IMG/VR virus record: IMGVR_UViG_3300031951_000034 | Span: 67,289-131,288 of that record | Reading direction: 5' to 3' (one strand) | DNA length: 64,000 bases | Source: a virus | Shown: positions 46,175 to 56,571 of the stretch, piece after piece | Layout: each line of letters opens with the position of its first letter | Numbering within the stretch: position 1 is the stretch's first letter | The notes under the pieces: model-generated | Told to the model about the DNA's origin: nothing | The model's database searches: none | What the model saw: only the letters and a program-made list of their open reading frames with translations | Position numbers and translations under genes: made by a program

Positions 46175-47158
46175 ATGAATAAATTAAAGATATTTGATGA
46201 ACAAATTTCAAGAAAACCGAATCTTTACCCATGGACAGATAAATTTATAGAAGCCATGCATAATGGGTTTTGGACAGACAAAGAATTTAATTTTAAATCT
46301 GATGTTCAAGATTTTGCTGTAAAATTAACCGAGCAAGAAAAACAGATTGTAATACGTACCCTGTCTGCAATAGGTCAAATAGAGGTCGCTGTAAAAACAT
46401 TTTGGGCGAAACTCGGTGAAAATTTACCACACCCATCACTATCTGATTTGGGATATGTAATGGCTAATGTAGAGGTTATACATAATAATGCCTATGAAAG
46501 ACTTATTTCAGTGTTAGGCCTTGAAGATGTATTTGAGGAGAACCTAAAACTGGAATGGATCCAGGGAAGAGTTAAATACTTGAAAAAGTATACACATAGA
46601 TTCTATAAAGATAGTAAAAAACAATATTTATATGCTCTTATATTATTTACATTATTTGTAGAAAACGTTTCACTATTCTCTCAGTTTTATGTAATAAACT
46701 GGTTTTCCACCTTCAAAAATGTGTTGAAGGATACAGACCAGCAAGTAAAGTACACTAGAAATGAAGAAAATATTCATGCGTTGGTTGGCATACAAATAAT
46801 TAATACTATAAAGAAAGAGTATCCAGAAATTTTTGACAAAGACTTAGAGGATAAAATATTGGAAGAAGCTCAAGAAGCTTTTGTTTCAGAGTCAAAAATA
46901 ATAGATTGGATGGTTAATGGAATAAATGAAAACGGTTTGTCTGCAGACATATTAAAAGAATTTATTAAGAATAGGATTAATAATTCCTTGAATCAAATAG
47001 GTTTAAAATCCGTATTCGAAATAGATAAAGAAAAAATTTCTACAACTGTTTGGTTTGACGAACAGCTATTAGCAAACAACATGACAGACTTTTTTCATTC
47101 AAGGCCTGTTGACTATTCTAAAAAGTCACAATCATTCTCAGAGGATGATTTATTTTAA
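46175..47158 (+). CDS. nrdB: ribonucleotide reductase class I beta subunit
   Basis: QIEVAV, EVIHNNAY, VENVSLFSQF, RNEENIH diiron motifs; DFF at C-terminus. Confidence 0.9.
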   Translation: MNKLKIFDEQISRKPNLYPWTDKFIEAMHNGFWTDKEFNFKSDVQDFAVKLTEQEKQIVIRTLSAIGQIEVAVKTFWAKLGENLPHPSLSDLGYVMANVEVIHNNAYERLISVLGLEDVFEENLKLEWIQGRVKYLKKYTHRFYKDSKKQYLYALILFTLFVENVSLFSQFYVINWFSTFKNVLKDTDQQVKYTRNEENIHALVGIQIINTIKKEYPEIFDKDLEDKILEEAQEAFVSESKIIDWMVNGINENGLSADILKEFIKNRINNSLNQIGLKSVFEIDKEKISTTVWFDEQLLANNMTDFFHSRPVDYSKKSQSFSEDDLF

Positions 47159-47173
47159 ACAAACAAACACGAG

Positions 47174-47404
47174 ATGACAGTCAGAGATCTAATAAGCAAA
47201 TTATCCAAAGAGGATCCTGATTTGCCTGTAGTAGTTGAAGCAAATGAGGCTACATACGATTTGCTTGAATCAATCAGGGAAATAAATATAAGAAAAAATA
47301 AACAACAGTGCTATTTAATTTGGGATGGAGAGTTTTGTGAAACCGAAAACGACGAAGCAGGTACACAAAAAGCTCTTTTCCTTTGCAGAAAGATGCTGTA
47401 TTAA
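47174..47404 (+). CDS. small hypothetical protein
   Basis: MTVRDLISKLSKEDPDLPVVV, common phage-type start. Confidence 0.55.
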   Translation: MTVRDLISKLSKEDPDLPVVVEANEATYDLLESIREINIRKNKQQCYLIWDGEFCETENDEAGTQKALFLCRKMLY

Positions 47405-47419
47405 CTACAAAAAATTAAA

Positions 47420-49117
47420 ATGAATAAAGACTGTTATTGGCTAAATAAAGACTCTAGAAAATTCCTTGAAAGAGGTTATTTAATCGAAGGAGAATCCGCT
47501 GAGGAACGCATAAATGATATATGTAAGGCTGCTGCGGGGATCTTGAGAAATCACAAAATATTAATCAAAGACAAAGTAGATAAAACTTTGTTAAACAATT
47601 TTGAGGAAAAATTTAGTGACTATCTATATAGGGGTTTTTACTCACTAAGTTCGCCCATTTGGGCGAACTTCGGTAGGGAGAGGGGATTACCTATTAGCTG
47701 CTTCGGCAGCTTCATCCCGGATAGTATGGAAGGTATAATGTATAAACTTGCTGAAGTAGGTATGATGACCAAGTACGGTGGAGGTACCTCTGCTTTCTTT
47801 GGTGATCTTAGGGGCAGGGGTGATTCTATCTCCTCTGGAGGAGAATCTACGGGTTCTGTGCATTTTATGGAGTTGTACAATAAACTGATGAACGTTGTTT
47901 CCCAGGGTAATGTACGGCGTGGTTCATTTGCTGCTTATCTCCCCATTGACCACAAAGACATAAATGAGTTCCTTCAAATTAGAGACGAGGGACATGAAAT
48001 TCAGCAAATGTCTTTTGGTGTTTGCGTTAGTGACGCCTGGATGGAACAGATGATAAACGGAGACAAAGAGAAAAGAAAGGTATGGGGAAAAGTAATTCAA
48101 AAGAGATTTGAAACTGGTTATCCATATATTTTCTTCTCAGACAATGCAAATAATAATGCACCAAATATCTATGCAGAAACTGGGCATAAAATATATGCTA
48201 GTAACTTGTGTTCAGAGATAATGCTATCTAGCTCAATGAACGAATCATTCGTGTGTAATCTCTCATCGATAAATCTTGAGAGATGGGATGAATTAGTTCA
48301 AACCGACGCTATTGAATTACTGGTAGTATTTCTTGATGCGGTGATGCAAGAGTTTATCCTAAAAACCAACGGCAACACATTTATGCAACATGCACATGCA
48401 TTTGCAGTTAATCAGCGTGCACTTGGGATAGGAGTACTTGGTTGGCATTCATACCTGCAATTAAATTTGACTCCATTCGAGAGCATGGAGGCAAAACTTA
48501 AGAACGCAGAGATATGGAAAATTATTAGGACAAGGTGTGACTCTGCTACCCAGAATTTAGCCGAGATCTTCGGCAGAGCACCCATTTACAATGGTTCAAA
48601 AGAGTCTAGGCGCAATACTACAACATTGGCGGTAGCACCCACTACAAGCTCTAGTTTTATATTGGGTCAAGTGTCTCCAAGCATTGAACCACTCAGTAGC
48701 AATTATTTTGTAAAAGATCTAGCTAAAGGTAAATTTACTTATAAAAATCCTTACCTGAAAAAGTTACTCAAATCGATTGGACAAGACACGGACGATACAT
48801 GGTCGTCCATTCTGGTCAATGGTGGGTCTGTGCAACATTTGTCATTCTTGCCCCAAGAAGAGAAAGATGTATTTAAGACATTCGAGGAGATATCTCAGCT
48901 AGAGATAGTTAATCAAGCCATCCAGCGACAAAAATATATTGATCAAGGACAGTCATTAAACTTAATGATTCCGTCTAACACAAAACCTAAAGATGTGAAT
49001 GAGTTGTTGATTCATGGATGGAAGAATGGTATAAAAGCTTTCTACTATCAGAGAAGCTCTAATCCATCACAGAAGTTAGCTAGATCAATATTGTCTTGTA
49101 CATCCTGTGAGGCTTAA
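47420..49117 (+). CDS. nrdA: ribonucleotide reductase class I alpha subunit (short, no evident ATP cone)
   Basis: PISCF, GGGTS, SNLCSEI, VCNLSSIN, AVAPTTSSS, FYYQR, C-terminal CTSCEA. Confidence 0.92.
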   Translation: MNKDCYWLNKDSRKFLERGYLIEGESAEERINDICKAAAGILRNHKILIKDKVDKTLLNNFEEKFSDYLYRGFYSLSSPIWANFGRERGLPISCFGSFIPDSMEGIMYKLAEVGMMTKYGGGTSAFFGDLRGRGDSISSGGESTGSVHFMELYNKLMNVVSQGNVRRGSFAAYLPIDHKDINEFLQIRDEGHEIQQMSFGVCVSDAWMEQMINGDKEKRKVWGKVIQKRFETGYPYIFFSDNANNNAPNIYAETGHKIYASNLCSEIMLSSSMNESFVCNLSSINLERWDELVQTDAIELLVVFLDAVMQEFILKTNGNTFMQHAHAFAVNQRALGIGVLGWHSYLQLNLTPFESMEAKLKNAEIWKIIRTRCDSATQNLAEIFGRAPIYNGSKESRRNTTTLAVAPTTSSSFILGQVSPSIEPLSSNYFVKDLAKGKFTYKNPYLKKLLKSIGQDTDDTWSSILVNGGSVQHLSFLPQEEKDVFKTFEEISQLEIVNQAIQRQKYIDQGQSLNLMIPSNTKPKDVNELLIHGWKNGIKAFYYQRSSNPSQKLARSILSCTSCEA

Positions 49118-49433
49118 ACCAAACATATCAAAATCAATGAAAGCTATATTAGAATTTGACCTGCCGGAAGATTCCAATGATCATGAATACGCTGTAAAAG
49201 GCATTGAAATGAGGATCTTGATCAGCGACCTCGAAAACGAAATACGCCAGAAATTAAAGTATGATGGAGGCGAATTTGCTGGACAGTGGCATGTTGAAGA
49301 GTATAAAGAAAATGAGTCGGGGGAGTATGTCCCTGAAAGGGTGGCCAAAACTGCTTGTGACCACACTCTAGAAAAAGTGAGAGACTGGTTAACAAAAGAA
49401 AAGATAGAGAGAAACATACCGGAGTTAATCTAA
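49107..49433 (+). CDS. hypothetical protein
   Basis: MKAILEFDLPED pattern common in phages. Confidence 0.55.
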   Translation: MRLKPNISKSMKAILEFDLPEDSNDHEYAVKGIEMRILISDLENEIRQKLKYDGGEFAGQWHVEEYKENESGEYVPERVAKTACDHTLEKVRDWLTKEKIERNIPELI

Positions 49434-49785
49434 AAAATGCTGTCATATATAAAGAACAAGTTACCATTTAAGGTTTCGCTAATAAGAAACCAAAATAAAC
49501 GCTGGTATAAACCGGTGTGCGTTAGATCTAGAATGCTCATGAATGGCAAATTGAAACCACAAGAATTTCATTGGATGGTATTCTCCATTCAATTGAAATA
49601 TTTCAAGTAAATTAAACAATTATGAGTTTTATAAACATAACTAAATATTACCTCAGGAGATTTTTTATGCGATGTCTCCAGCTATGTCCATATTGCTTAT
49701 CAAGAGTGAATGGAACTAGGAGTAGGACATATATTTGTCCGTTTTGTAACTATAGATCTAACTTATAAAATAATATACTTATTAT

Positions 49786-49822
49786 ATGGGGTAATGAGTT
49801 AATTCTCATTGCCCCATTTTTT
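49786..49822 (+). terminator. intrinsic terminator
   Basis: atggggtaatgag...ctcattgccccat plus T-run. Confidence 0.75.
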
Positions 49823-49897
49823 GTTACAAATATGTGTACATATTTTTAACAAAAAAAATCGCAGGTAAACCTCAACTAACAACAACACAACCACACT

Positions 49898-50857
49898 ATG
49901 CAGCTTGAGCTAGACCAACAATCCAACGTCAAATTAGTTTCAGTAACTCAACCACTAGTAAAAAATATTGGGACCCCAGAGGAACTAATTGTTTATTGTG
50001 CTAGAGTGTCAAATCCATCTAATCAATTTAATAAAGAGACATCTGGTAAACTATTGAACTACTGCATAGATCACGGTCATTGGTCACCATTTGAAATGGC
50101 CTCGATGACTGTTGAAATAACGACATCTAGGGCAATAGCAGCACAGATACTTAGACACAGAAGTTTTAGCTTCCAGGAATTCTCTCAGAGATATGCTGGA
50201 GTCACTGGTACCCAAGAATTAAATTGGAGAGCTCAGGGTAAAACCAATAGACAGGTTGGTGACGAAGAGATTGAATTATCTGATCAGCTAAAAGAAAAGA
50301 TATACCTATCACAACGTCTGTCCCTTGACGTATACCAAAATTTAATTGAGGAAGGTGTTGCAAGAGAGTGCGCCAGAATGATTCTACCACTAAACACAAC
50401 TACTACTCTGTATATGTCTGGCACTGTTAGATCATGGATTCATTATCTTGATCTTAGGTTGGATGAGGTAACTCAAGCCGAACATCGAATCATAGCCCAA
50501 AAGATAAAAGACATATTTATTGGTGAGTTCCCAATTATATCTAATGCATTAAATTTTCAATGTATAGACTGTTCCAGTGTAAATTTAAACGAATTGCACG
50601 AGCAAATAATTAGTAATTCATACGTTGCAGATCAAATGTGGAGTACAAACTGTACAGACTTTAAAATAACTGAACTCAAAAGACATAGCCTTGACGAATA
50701 TTATTTTGAAATAAAGGGAGAACCTATAAATGATTTGACGGATCTTGGCTCAACAATCGCTGGAGTAATTAAAATTATTGATGGTGAGTATAAAGTAGAC
50801 TACTGCGAAGTTAACAAAATAGGAGAATACAAAAGATTAGCTTATGAAAATTATTAA
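49898..50857 (+). CDS. thyX: FAD-dependent thymidylate synthase with C-terminal extension
   Basis: HGHWSPFEM, QILRHRSFSFQEFSQRYA, ECARMILP, SWIHY, QAEHR. Confidence 0.92.
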   Translation: MQLELDQQSNVKLVSVTQPLVKNIGTPEELIVYCARVSNPSNQFNKETSGKLLNYCIDHGHWSPFEMASMTVEITTSRAIAAQILRHRSFSFQEFSQRYAGVTGTQELNWRAQGKTNRQVGDEEIELSDQLKEKIYLSQRLSLDVYQNLIEEGVARECARMILPLNTTTTLYMSGTVRSWIHYLDLRLDEVTQAEHRIIAQKIKDIFIGEFPIISNALNFQCIDCSSVNLNELHEQIISNSYVADQMWSTNCTDFKITELKRHSLDEYYFEIKGEPINDLTDLGSTIAGVIKIIDGEYKVDYCEVNKIGEYKRLAYENY

Positions 50858-51197
50858 AAAGCCATATCAACCTGAAGAAAATGAATATATAAATGATTTC
50901 ACAGGCGAGTCATTTGCGGCTTTCGGTCCAGACTGTACACTAAAAATCAGTTTTGGTTATGGGTCAGAGTTTGATGGCGCAAAAATTCAATTGGATTTAA
51001 GCGACAAAGAAATTAAGCCAATTCTAGAAATGATTAGGGAAAAATTATGTGATCAAACTAAAAAACACATAGAACAGAAATTAAATGAAACAGAAAACAA
51101 CTACGATGACGCAATGCAAACTAGAGATTGGAGTGCTTGCGATTTAGTGGGTAACTGTATGTCATTGTATAGATTTTTATTATCTAAAAATGAATAA
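50844..51197 (+). CDS. hypothetical protein
   Basis: coupled ORF. Confidence 0.55.
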   Translation: MKIIKKPYQPEENEYINDFTGESFAAFGPDCTLKISFGYGSEFDGAKIQLDLSDKEIKPILEMIREKLCDQTKKHIEQKLNETENNYDDAMQTRDWSACDLVGNCMSLYRFLLSKNE

Positions 51198-51372
51198 AAT
51201 AGATGAAATTGTGGAAATGCTTCGCGTGAGAGGTGAAAATCAAGAATACATTATCTCATATCTGACGAAGATTATTAGAGGCCTTGAGGCTGTAGTACCA
51301 AATCCTGTTAAGGGGTATCTAGAGGTCACAATCCACAACATGACCCCAGTTAAACATAAGACAGAAACATAA
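51190..51372 (+). CDS. small hypothetical protein
   Basis: coupled ORF. Confidence 0.45.
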   Translation: MNKIDEIVEMLRVRGENQEYIISYLTKIIRGLEAVVPNPVKGYLEVTIHNMTPVKHKTET

Positions 51373-51891
51373 ATGAATATATTTGTAATAGATTTAGACC
51401 CTCGCACAGCAGCTAGGCATTTAGTTGACAAACACATATCGAAAATGGTTACTGAAACGGCTCAAATCTTGTCTAACTGTTTTACGTTAGACAGGATGGC
51501 CATGAGTGACTGTCCACGAAACCAAAAAGGCGAAGCAAGAAAACATTCATATCCACACCATCCATGTTGTAAATGGGCACCACAGTCCAGAGACAACATG
51601 AGGTGGTTAGTGGAGCACGCAAGGGAAATGGATATAGAGAGAATGTGGAGATTTGGTAAAGTAGAAACGCATTTCTCAATGAGCTTCATCAACTGGGCTT
51701 CTCAAAACTTGTCCAGTTCTATAGCACCTGAGAGTGGGCTAACCGAGTTCGCGCAGGCGATGCCAGAGGAGTATAAAAGTGATAATGCGGTAGACGCATA
51801 TAGATCTTATTATGCTTTTGGCAAAACTCATTTACATAAATGGACAAGAAACAAACCGAGTTGGATAGAGGAGATAATAAATGGATACTAA
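51373..51891 (+). CDS. pyrimidine-dimer DNA glycosylase-like conserved phage protein
   Basis: MNIFVID.DP..AA..LVDKHISKMVTETAQILS, HHPCCKW, QAMPEEYK, AYRSYY. Confidence 0.65.
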   Translation: MNIFVIDLDPRTAARHLVDKHISKMVTETAQILSNCFTLDRMAMSDCPRNQKGEARKHSYPHHPCCKWAPQSRDNMRWLVEHAREMDIERMWRFGKVETHFSMSFINWASQNLSSSIAPESGLTEFAQAMPEEYKSDNAVDAYRSYYAFGKTHLHKWTRNKPSWIEEIINGY

Positions 51892-52360
51892 TCTAGAAAA
51901 ACAATTATTGGATAAATACCCTAAAATATTAAGAGATATGGGGGGAGATCCTAGAGTAACCTGTATGGCGTTTGGCATTGAGTGCGACAATGGATGGTAT
52001 TCAATATTAGATAAATGCATGGAAAAACTTCAATATTTCTGTGATATTTGTGCAAAAGTTAACAGCCCTGTACAGGTTGTCGCAGATCAAATAAAAGAGA
52101 AGTTTGGAACACTTCAATTTTATTTTAGCGTAGAAGGTGAAGTAGAAGATTACCAACTTCAGTACTCAATTATTGAAAATATAATAGATAATGCTCAACT
52201 TGAATCTAGGTACACCTGCGAAATAACTGGAGATAGCGGAGCATTATGTAAAAAGGGGAGGTGGCTTAAAACATTATGTAGGCAAAATGCCAAGCATCAT
52301 GGTTATGTTGCTGCTGACCCAGAGCTACAAAAATACTGGGACTCTAAAGATAAGACATAA
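51881..52360 (+). CDS. conserved phage hypothetical protein
   Basis: GIECDNGWY...QIKEKFGTLQFY...TCEITG. Confidence 0.65.
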   Translation: MDTNLEKQLLDKYPKILRDMGGDPRVTCMAFGIECDNGWYSILDKCMEKLQYFCDICAKVNSPVQVVADQIKEKFGTLQFYFSVEGEVEDYQLQYSIIENIIDNAQLESRYTCEITGDSGALCKKGRWLKTLCRQNAKHHGYVAADPELQKYWDSKDKT

Positions 52361-52682
52361 TTATATGAGCAATGAAGACATAGAAGAATACGCTTTCTAT
52401 GAAAGCGGTTTATCTGCACACGGTTGCCTAGAAAAACTAGACCAGTACACCCTAGATGCAATCACTGAATATGGTAGGATTATTCAGAGAATGCACCTAG
52501 AGAAAATTAAAAGTGGTTTTCAAGGTTGTTGTTATGCGTGCGAAGTTGTAGGCATAACCAATCAAGAACTTGAAGCTAAAATCAAAAAGATGGAAGATTC
52601 TATAGAAAAATTAGGACAAACCATTCAAATTATAGACGAGTTAATTAAATTATACAAAAAAGATGGAAATCAAACTTCTTAG
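52287..52682 (+). CDS. hypothetical protein
   Basis: GCCYACE motif; true start probably the internal MSNE. Confidence 0.5.
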   Translation: MPSIMVMLLLTQSYKNTGTLKIRHNYMSNEDIEEYAFYESGLSAHGCLEKLDQYTLDAITEYGRIIQRMHLEKIKSGFQGCCYACEVVGITNQELEAKIKKMEDSIEKLGQTIQIIDELIKLYKKDGNQTS

Positions 52683-53190
52683 AAATCAGATAAATAGTAT
52701 ACTTACCTTTGCTGTAAGGGATGAAGATAAAAAAGAATATCTAGTAACTATTGGTAAAATAAATAACATTAGAAATATCGAATCAGTTACTTTTAGAGGG
52801 GTCCAGCTCGATCAGTCTAATGAACAAGAGGATTATATTAGAAATAAAATACTTCAGGCTGTAGAAGTTGAAATAGATAAAATACAATCTAACCTTGATA
52901 TATCTTTGGGTGATATGCCCGAAGAAAAAGCAGAAGATAAATCTTTCTATGAAGACTTAAAAAATTTTAAAGAAAAGTATCCAGAGTGCTATATAGAATG
53001 CTGGACACCTGAAGATTATTCTTCAATCAAGCATGACCTGGAAAACGAGAATATAGATTATCCTGAGACTAATTGGTCAGATGAATTATGGATAAATGTA
53101 TCGAACAAACTGGATCATGATTTTGACGCTAATAATGGTACAAATTGGGATAGGTTGAAATATGTAATTCAAAACTTAACAGCAAAATAA
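52663..53190 (+). CDS. hypothetical protein
   Basis: 175-aa coupled ORF. Confidence 0.55.
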   Translation: MEIKLLRNQINSILTFAVRDEDKKEYLVTIGKINNIRNIESVTFRGVQLDQSNEQEDYIRNKILQAVEVEIDKIQSNLDISLGDMPEEKAEDKSFYEDLKNFKEKYPECYIECWTPEDYSSIKHDLENENIDYPETNWSDELWINVSNKLDHDFDANNGTNWDRLKYVIQNLTAK

Positions 53191-53194
53191 GCAT

Positions 53195-53389
53195 ATGATT
53201 ATAATAAGAAAATCTCCAATAAGTAAATTGGAGAATTCAATGGATCTGGACATAACAGAGGAACAGATCCAAAAATGGCAGCAAGGGGAACTAATTCAAA
53301 ATGCATTCCCCAATTTAACAGCCAGTGAGAGAGAATTCATTAAAACTGGGATAACAGACTTAGAGTGGGAAATGATGTTTAAAAATTAG
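53195..53389 (+). CDS. conserved phage hypothetical protein
   Basis: LIQNAFPNLTASEREFIKTGIT motif. Confidence 0.6.
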   Translation: MIIIRKSPISKLENSMDLDITEEQIQKWQQGELIQNAFPNLTASEREFIKTGITDLEWEMMFKN

Positions 53390-53393
53390 TTTT

Positions 53394-53666
53394 ATGATAA
53401 CTCATAGCTACAAAAAGAATGGAATAAAAAGTGAATTTGTAGATAGATATTATCTTTTTGATATAAATTCTATTAAGGATGAAGAAGATATATTAGACTT
53501 TGGAAAACTTGAGGGGAAATATAAAGAAATTATGTCTCGATATCATAATCTCTCTATTGATGAAAAAAAAAGACAATATCAAAAAAAGAAAATCGTTCGC
53601 AGGATAATAAAGCTAGAGAGAGAAAACGACCCAGATCCTGATTTAGAAATATTAGGGGATTGGTAA
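53394..53666 (+). CDS. hypothetical protein
   Basis: 90-aa ORF. Confidence 0.5.
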   Translation: MITHSYKKNGIKSEFVDRYYLFDINSIKDEEDILDFGKLEGKYKEIMSRYHNLSIDEKKRQYQKKKIVRRIIKLERENDPDPDLEILGDW

Positions 53667-53710
53667 AAAATTATTGATTTTATTTCTTAATCCTATAATT
53701 AAATCCCCCT

Positions 53711-54097
53711 ATGAATAAAATAAAATATAGAGCATGGAACAATGAAACAAATACATATAAAAACAACGTCTTTCTCTCGGATGACGGGCTTAACCTTATG
53801 TATTTTGAAGATGCAAAAATTTTTGTGTCCCCATTGTTAACCGAAACATACACAATAGAGCAATACAGCGGATTCGATGATAAATCTGGGGTACCTATAT
53901 TTGAGAACGATATTATAAACTTAAAATACCATTACGCCGATGGTACAGATGACATTGAAGATGTAACTAAAAAGGTAATATTTAACAATGGATCATTTTC
54001 ATTCGATAATGGAACTATGCTTGAGTTTAAGTTAAAACCATTTAGCTCTATGGAGGTCATTGGAAACATTAATCAAAATCCACAACTACTTAATTAA
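53711..54097 (+). CDS. YopX family protein
   Basis: IKYRAWN, EQYSGFDDKSGVPIFENDI, EVIGNINQNPQLL. Confidence 0.8.
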   Translation: MNKIKYRAWNNETNTYKNNVFLSDDGLNLMYFEDAKIFVSPLLTETYTIEQYSGFDDKSGVPIFENDIINLKYHYADGTDDIEDVTKKVIFNNGSFSFDNGTMLEFKLKPFSSMEVIGNINQNPQLLN

Positions 54098-54188
54098 TGG
54101 AATATTTTTTTAAGACTATTTTAGCTGTTACTTTCTTTAGTACAGCAATTGCGGTAGTAATTGCCGCCTACATAACAAGCAAGAAAAA

Positions 54189-54521
54189 ATGAACATACAA
54201 TATACATTCGACTCATACCAAGAAGAGGCATCTAAAACGGCCATATATAAAAATAAACTAATCTATCCAGTACTGGGATTAACAGGAGAAGCAGGAGAGG
54301 TAGCAAACAAAGTAAAGAAAATACTCAGAGACAAAGATGGTAAATTAGATATTGATGATAAAGATAGTATTTGCAAAGAATTAGGTGATGTACTGTGGTA
54401 TTTAGCCGCATGTGCAACGGATCTTGGTCTAGATATGAATGATATTGCAGTAAAAAATCTAGAGAAATTAAACTCTAGGGCAGAACGAAACACAATTTCC
54501 GGTGACGGAGACAACAGATAA
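54189..54521 (+). CDS. MazG-like nucleotide pyrophosphohydrolase
   Basis: LGLTGEAGEVANKVKK, KELGDVLWYLA, NLEKLNSR. Confidence 0.85.
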   Translation: MNIQYTFDSYQEEASKTAIYKNKLIYPVLGLTGEAGEVANKVKKILRDKDGKLDIDDKDSICKELGDVLWYLAACATDLGLDMNDIAVKNLEKLNSRAERNTISGDGDNR

Positions 54522-54817
54522 TGCAAAAAGACAAAATTACAATTAAGGATCTACGGCAAAACGGATTCAAAGTAAGGGTTCTTCACACAGACCCATATAC
54601 GATTCCACATGCATTCGACGTAAATGAAAAAGCTCTGGAGCTTTCTAAAATTGGAACATGTATAGAGATTAGGGATCCAGAAGGGGTAGAACATAGAGGA
54701 GTAGCATTGTGCAGTAAAGCAGATAACTGGAACAGAAAACTTGGAAACAAGATTGCCCTAGGTAGAGCTTTAAAAACTGTGCCAGATGATTGGTTGAATA
54801 AAATTACCACAAAATAA
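54521..54817 (+). CDS. conserved phage hypothetical protein
   Basis: GVALCSKADNWNRKLGNKIALGRA motif. Confidence 0.6.
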   Translation: MQKDKITIKDLRQNGFKVRVLHTDPYTIPHAFDVNEKALELSKIGTCIEIRDPEGVEHRGVALCSKADNWNRKLGNKIALGRALKTVPDDWLNKITTK

Positions 54818-54824
54818 AAAATAT

Positions 54825-55130
54825 ATGAATAAAAACATAAACAACAACAAAGAAACAATAGAACTCAAAAAACAATTAATTTCACTCACTCGTGAGAATA
54901 ATATTCTTCGTGAACTTAATTCAGTAACGTCAGCCTTTGTAATTGGAGCAAATGTTTATGACGCTGCTGCAAGAGACATGATGTCCATAAAACAAAAGAT
55001 AAATAAGTTCTACGAGGAAGTAGATAACTCAGAAATTCGTACACAATCTTCTAAGATAACTAAAGTAAAGAAAGAGGCCGCAAAAAAGAAATCGGCTGTG
55101 GTAGCTAAAAAAAAGCAAACAATTAAATAA
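54825..55130 (+). CDS. hypothetical protein
   Basis: coiled-coil-like, basic tail. Confidence 0.5.
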   Translation: MNKNINNNKETIELKKQLISLTRENNILRELNSVTSAFVIGANVYDAAARDMMSIKQKINKFYEEVDNSEIRTQSSKITKVKKEAAKKKSAVVAKKKQTIK

Positions 55131-55138
55131 AAATATAT

Positions 55139-55546
55139 ATGAGCGAAGAAACCAATACAGAAAAGACGGAAGACGAATCTGAAGTCCAGGAGCTAAATTA
55201 TGATGTAATCATTAAAAACAATCAACAAAAGACAGTGTTTCTTAATGTCTTTGAGATTGAAGTCACTGACAAAGAAACGGGGGTAATGACCCCATTAATT
55301 TACACTAGGTATCATAATGAAAGTAGCGTGGTTCCTGGAATTCCTGAGGCGTTGCCAGCAAAATACAGCACTTCAGACCTTAACGGTAATTCTGAAGTCT
55401 ATACTCCAGAGGATAATTACAACATGCTTCTTTCTATAGAGACATCTATAAATCAATATGTTGAATTGAATAACGAGAAACTAAAACAAGGTGCTCTTGC
55501 TCTGGCAAACGCAGAGGACAATACAAAAAATGACAACGAAAACTGA
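55139..55546 (+). CDS. hypothetical protein
   Basis: 135-aa acidic ORF. Confidence 0.55.
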   Translation: MSEETNTEKTEDESEVQELNYDVIIKNNQQKTVFLNVFEIEVTDKETGVMTPLIYTRYHNESSVVPGIPEALPAKYSTSDLNGNSEVYTPEDNYNMLLSIETSINQYVELNNEKLKQGALALANAEDNTKNDNEN

Positions 55547-56126
55547 ACAAGTTGCAAGCACAGAAGAAATTGATGAATTTCAGGTGTGCGACAACGAATA
55601 CAGCTTTATTGATCCATTATTTCAAAAATACATAACAAGAATCAGAAAACACAAACCACAGCTTAATGCATATATGTCCATGGCAGACATTGGACTTGTT
55701 AAGCTTGCTGCTGGTCTAAGTTCTCATTCGGCCTCTCTCCTTAACCAATTTTGGATTGGAGAATATATAGATGAAGGCTCATTAAACCAGGAGGATATAA
55801 TCTCAGGGGTTTCAATGGTCATTCACGACATTCACAAAATCTTTGAGGTGCTGGAAATAGAGTCGCTAGTTAAGTGTGGAGACATACCACAAACTATATC
55901 TCTAGACTTTGAGTACGATGAGGTAAAATATTTAGTACAGTTATTGGGGTGTGCCTCACTATTAAACGTAATATCTGGTGATATTCTATCTCAAATATGC
56001 GATGATTCTATTGAGGTTGATTGTGCACAGGTAGTAAAAAGTTGCTCCATGTGTTTAGCGATTTGCTCTACAATACTTGACTATTGTGGAGTTTGCTTTA
56101 AAGATGTGATAGCGAAAAAAGTTTAA
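55491..56126 (+). CDS. hypothetical protein
   Basis: ORF; start probably the internal MTTKTE. Confidence 0.55.
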   Translation: MLLLWQTQRTIQKMTTKTEQVASTEEIDEFQVCDNEYSFIDPLFQKYITRIRKHKPQLNAYMSMADIGLVKLAAGLSSHSASLLNQFWIGEYIDEGSLNQEDIISGVSMVIHDIHKIFEVLEIESLVKCGDIPQTISLDFEYDEVKYLVQLLGCASLLNVISGDILSQICDDSIEVDCAQVVKSCSMCLAICSTILDYCGVCFKDVIAKKV

Positions 56127-56136
56127 AACAAGAAAA

Positions 56137-56172
56137 ATTATGGCCGTGAGACTAAACCCTCACGGCCATAAT
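56137..56172 (+). terminator. 14-bp hairpin before tRNA-Arg (terminator or processing site)
   Basis: attatggccgtgag-actaaacc-ctcacggccataat; weak T-tract. Confidence 0.55.
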
Positions 56173-56191
56173 CTATCTAATTATTTTATAA

Positions 56192-56265
56192 GTGCCCATA
56201 GCTCAATTGGATAGAGCAACGCTCTTCTAAAGCGTAGGTTGCTGGTTCGATCCCAGCTGGGCACG
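56192..56265 (+). tRNA. trnR: tRNA-Arg(TCT)
   Basis: gtgccca/tgggcac acceptor, acgct-cttctaa-agcgt, gctgg-ttcgatc-ccagc. Confidence 0.93.
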
Positions 56266-56305
56266 TTTCCTTGACTGAACAACAATAAATATATCTAATA
56301 GTAAT

Positions 56306-56503
56306 ATGAGCAATAAAATGATTCCACCAAGCATAGTTAAGATAGAGGATGACGTAGACGAAATTATGAGACAGGCTAACGAGAAGATAAGTTCTCTTAA
56401 TACACTAAAAGATATGGACAATATTATCAAAAACGTTATTCCAAAGATCTCTGGCGACTCCCCCATAAGGAAGCAGTTAGAGTTGTTTATAAATAAAAAA
56501 TAG
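56306..56503 (+). CDS. small hypothetical protein
   Basis: 65-aa ORF. Confidence 0.45.
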   Translation: MSNKMIPPSIVKIEDDVDEIMRQANEKISSLNTLKDMDNIIKNVIPKISGDSPIRKQLELFINKK

Positions 56504-56571
56504 CTTTTTTTTAGCTACCAGCTAAAATATAATTTAATCCTGTTATCATAAAGGCAACCATTTAAAAAGAT

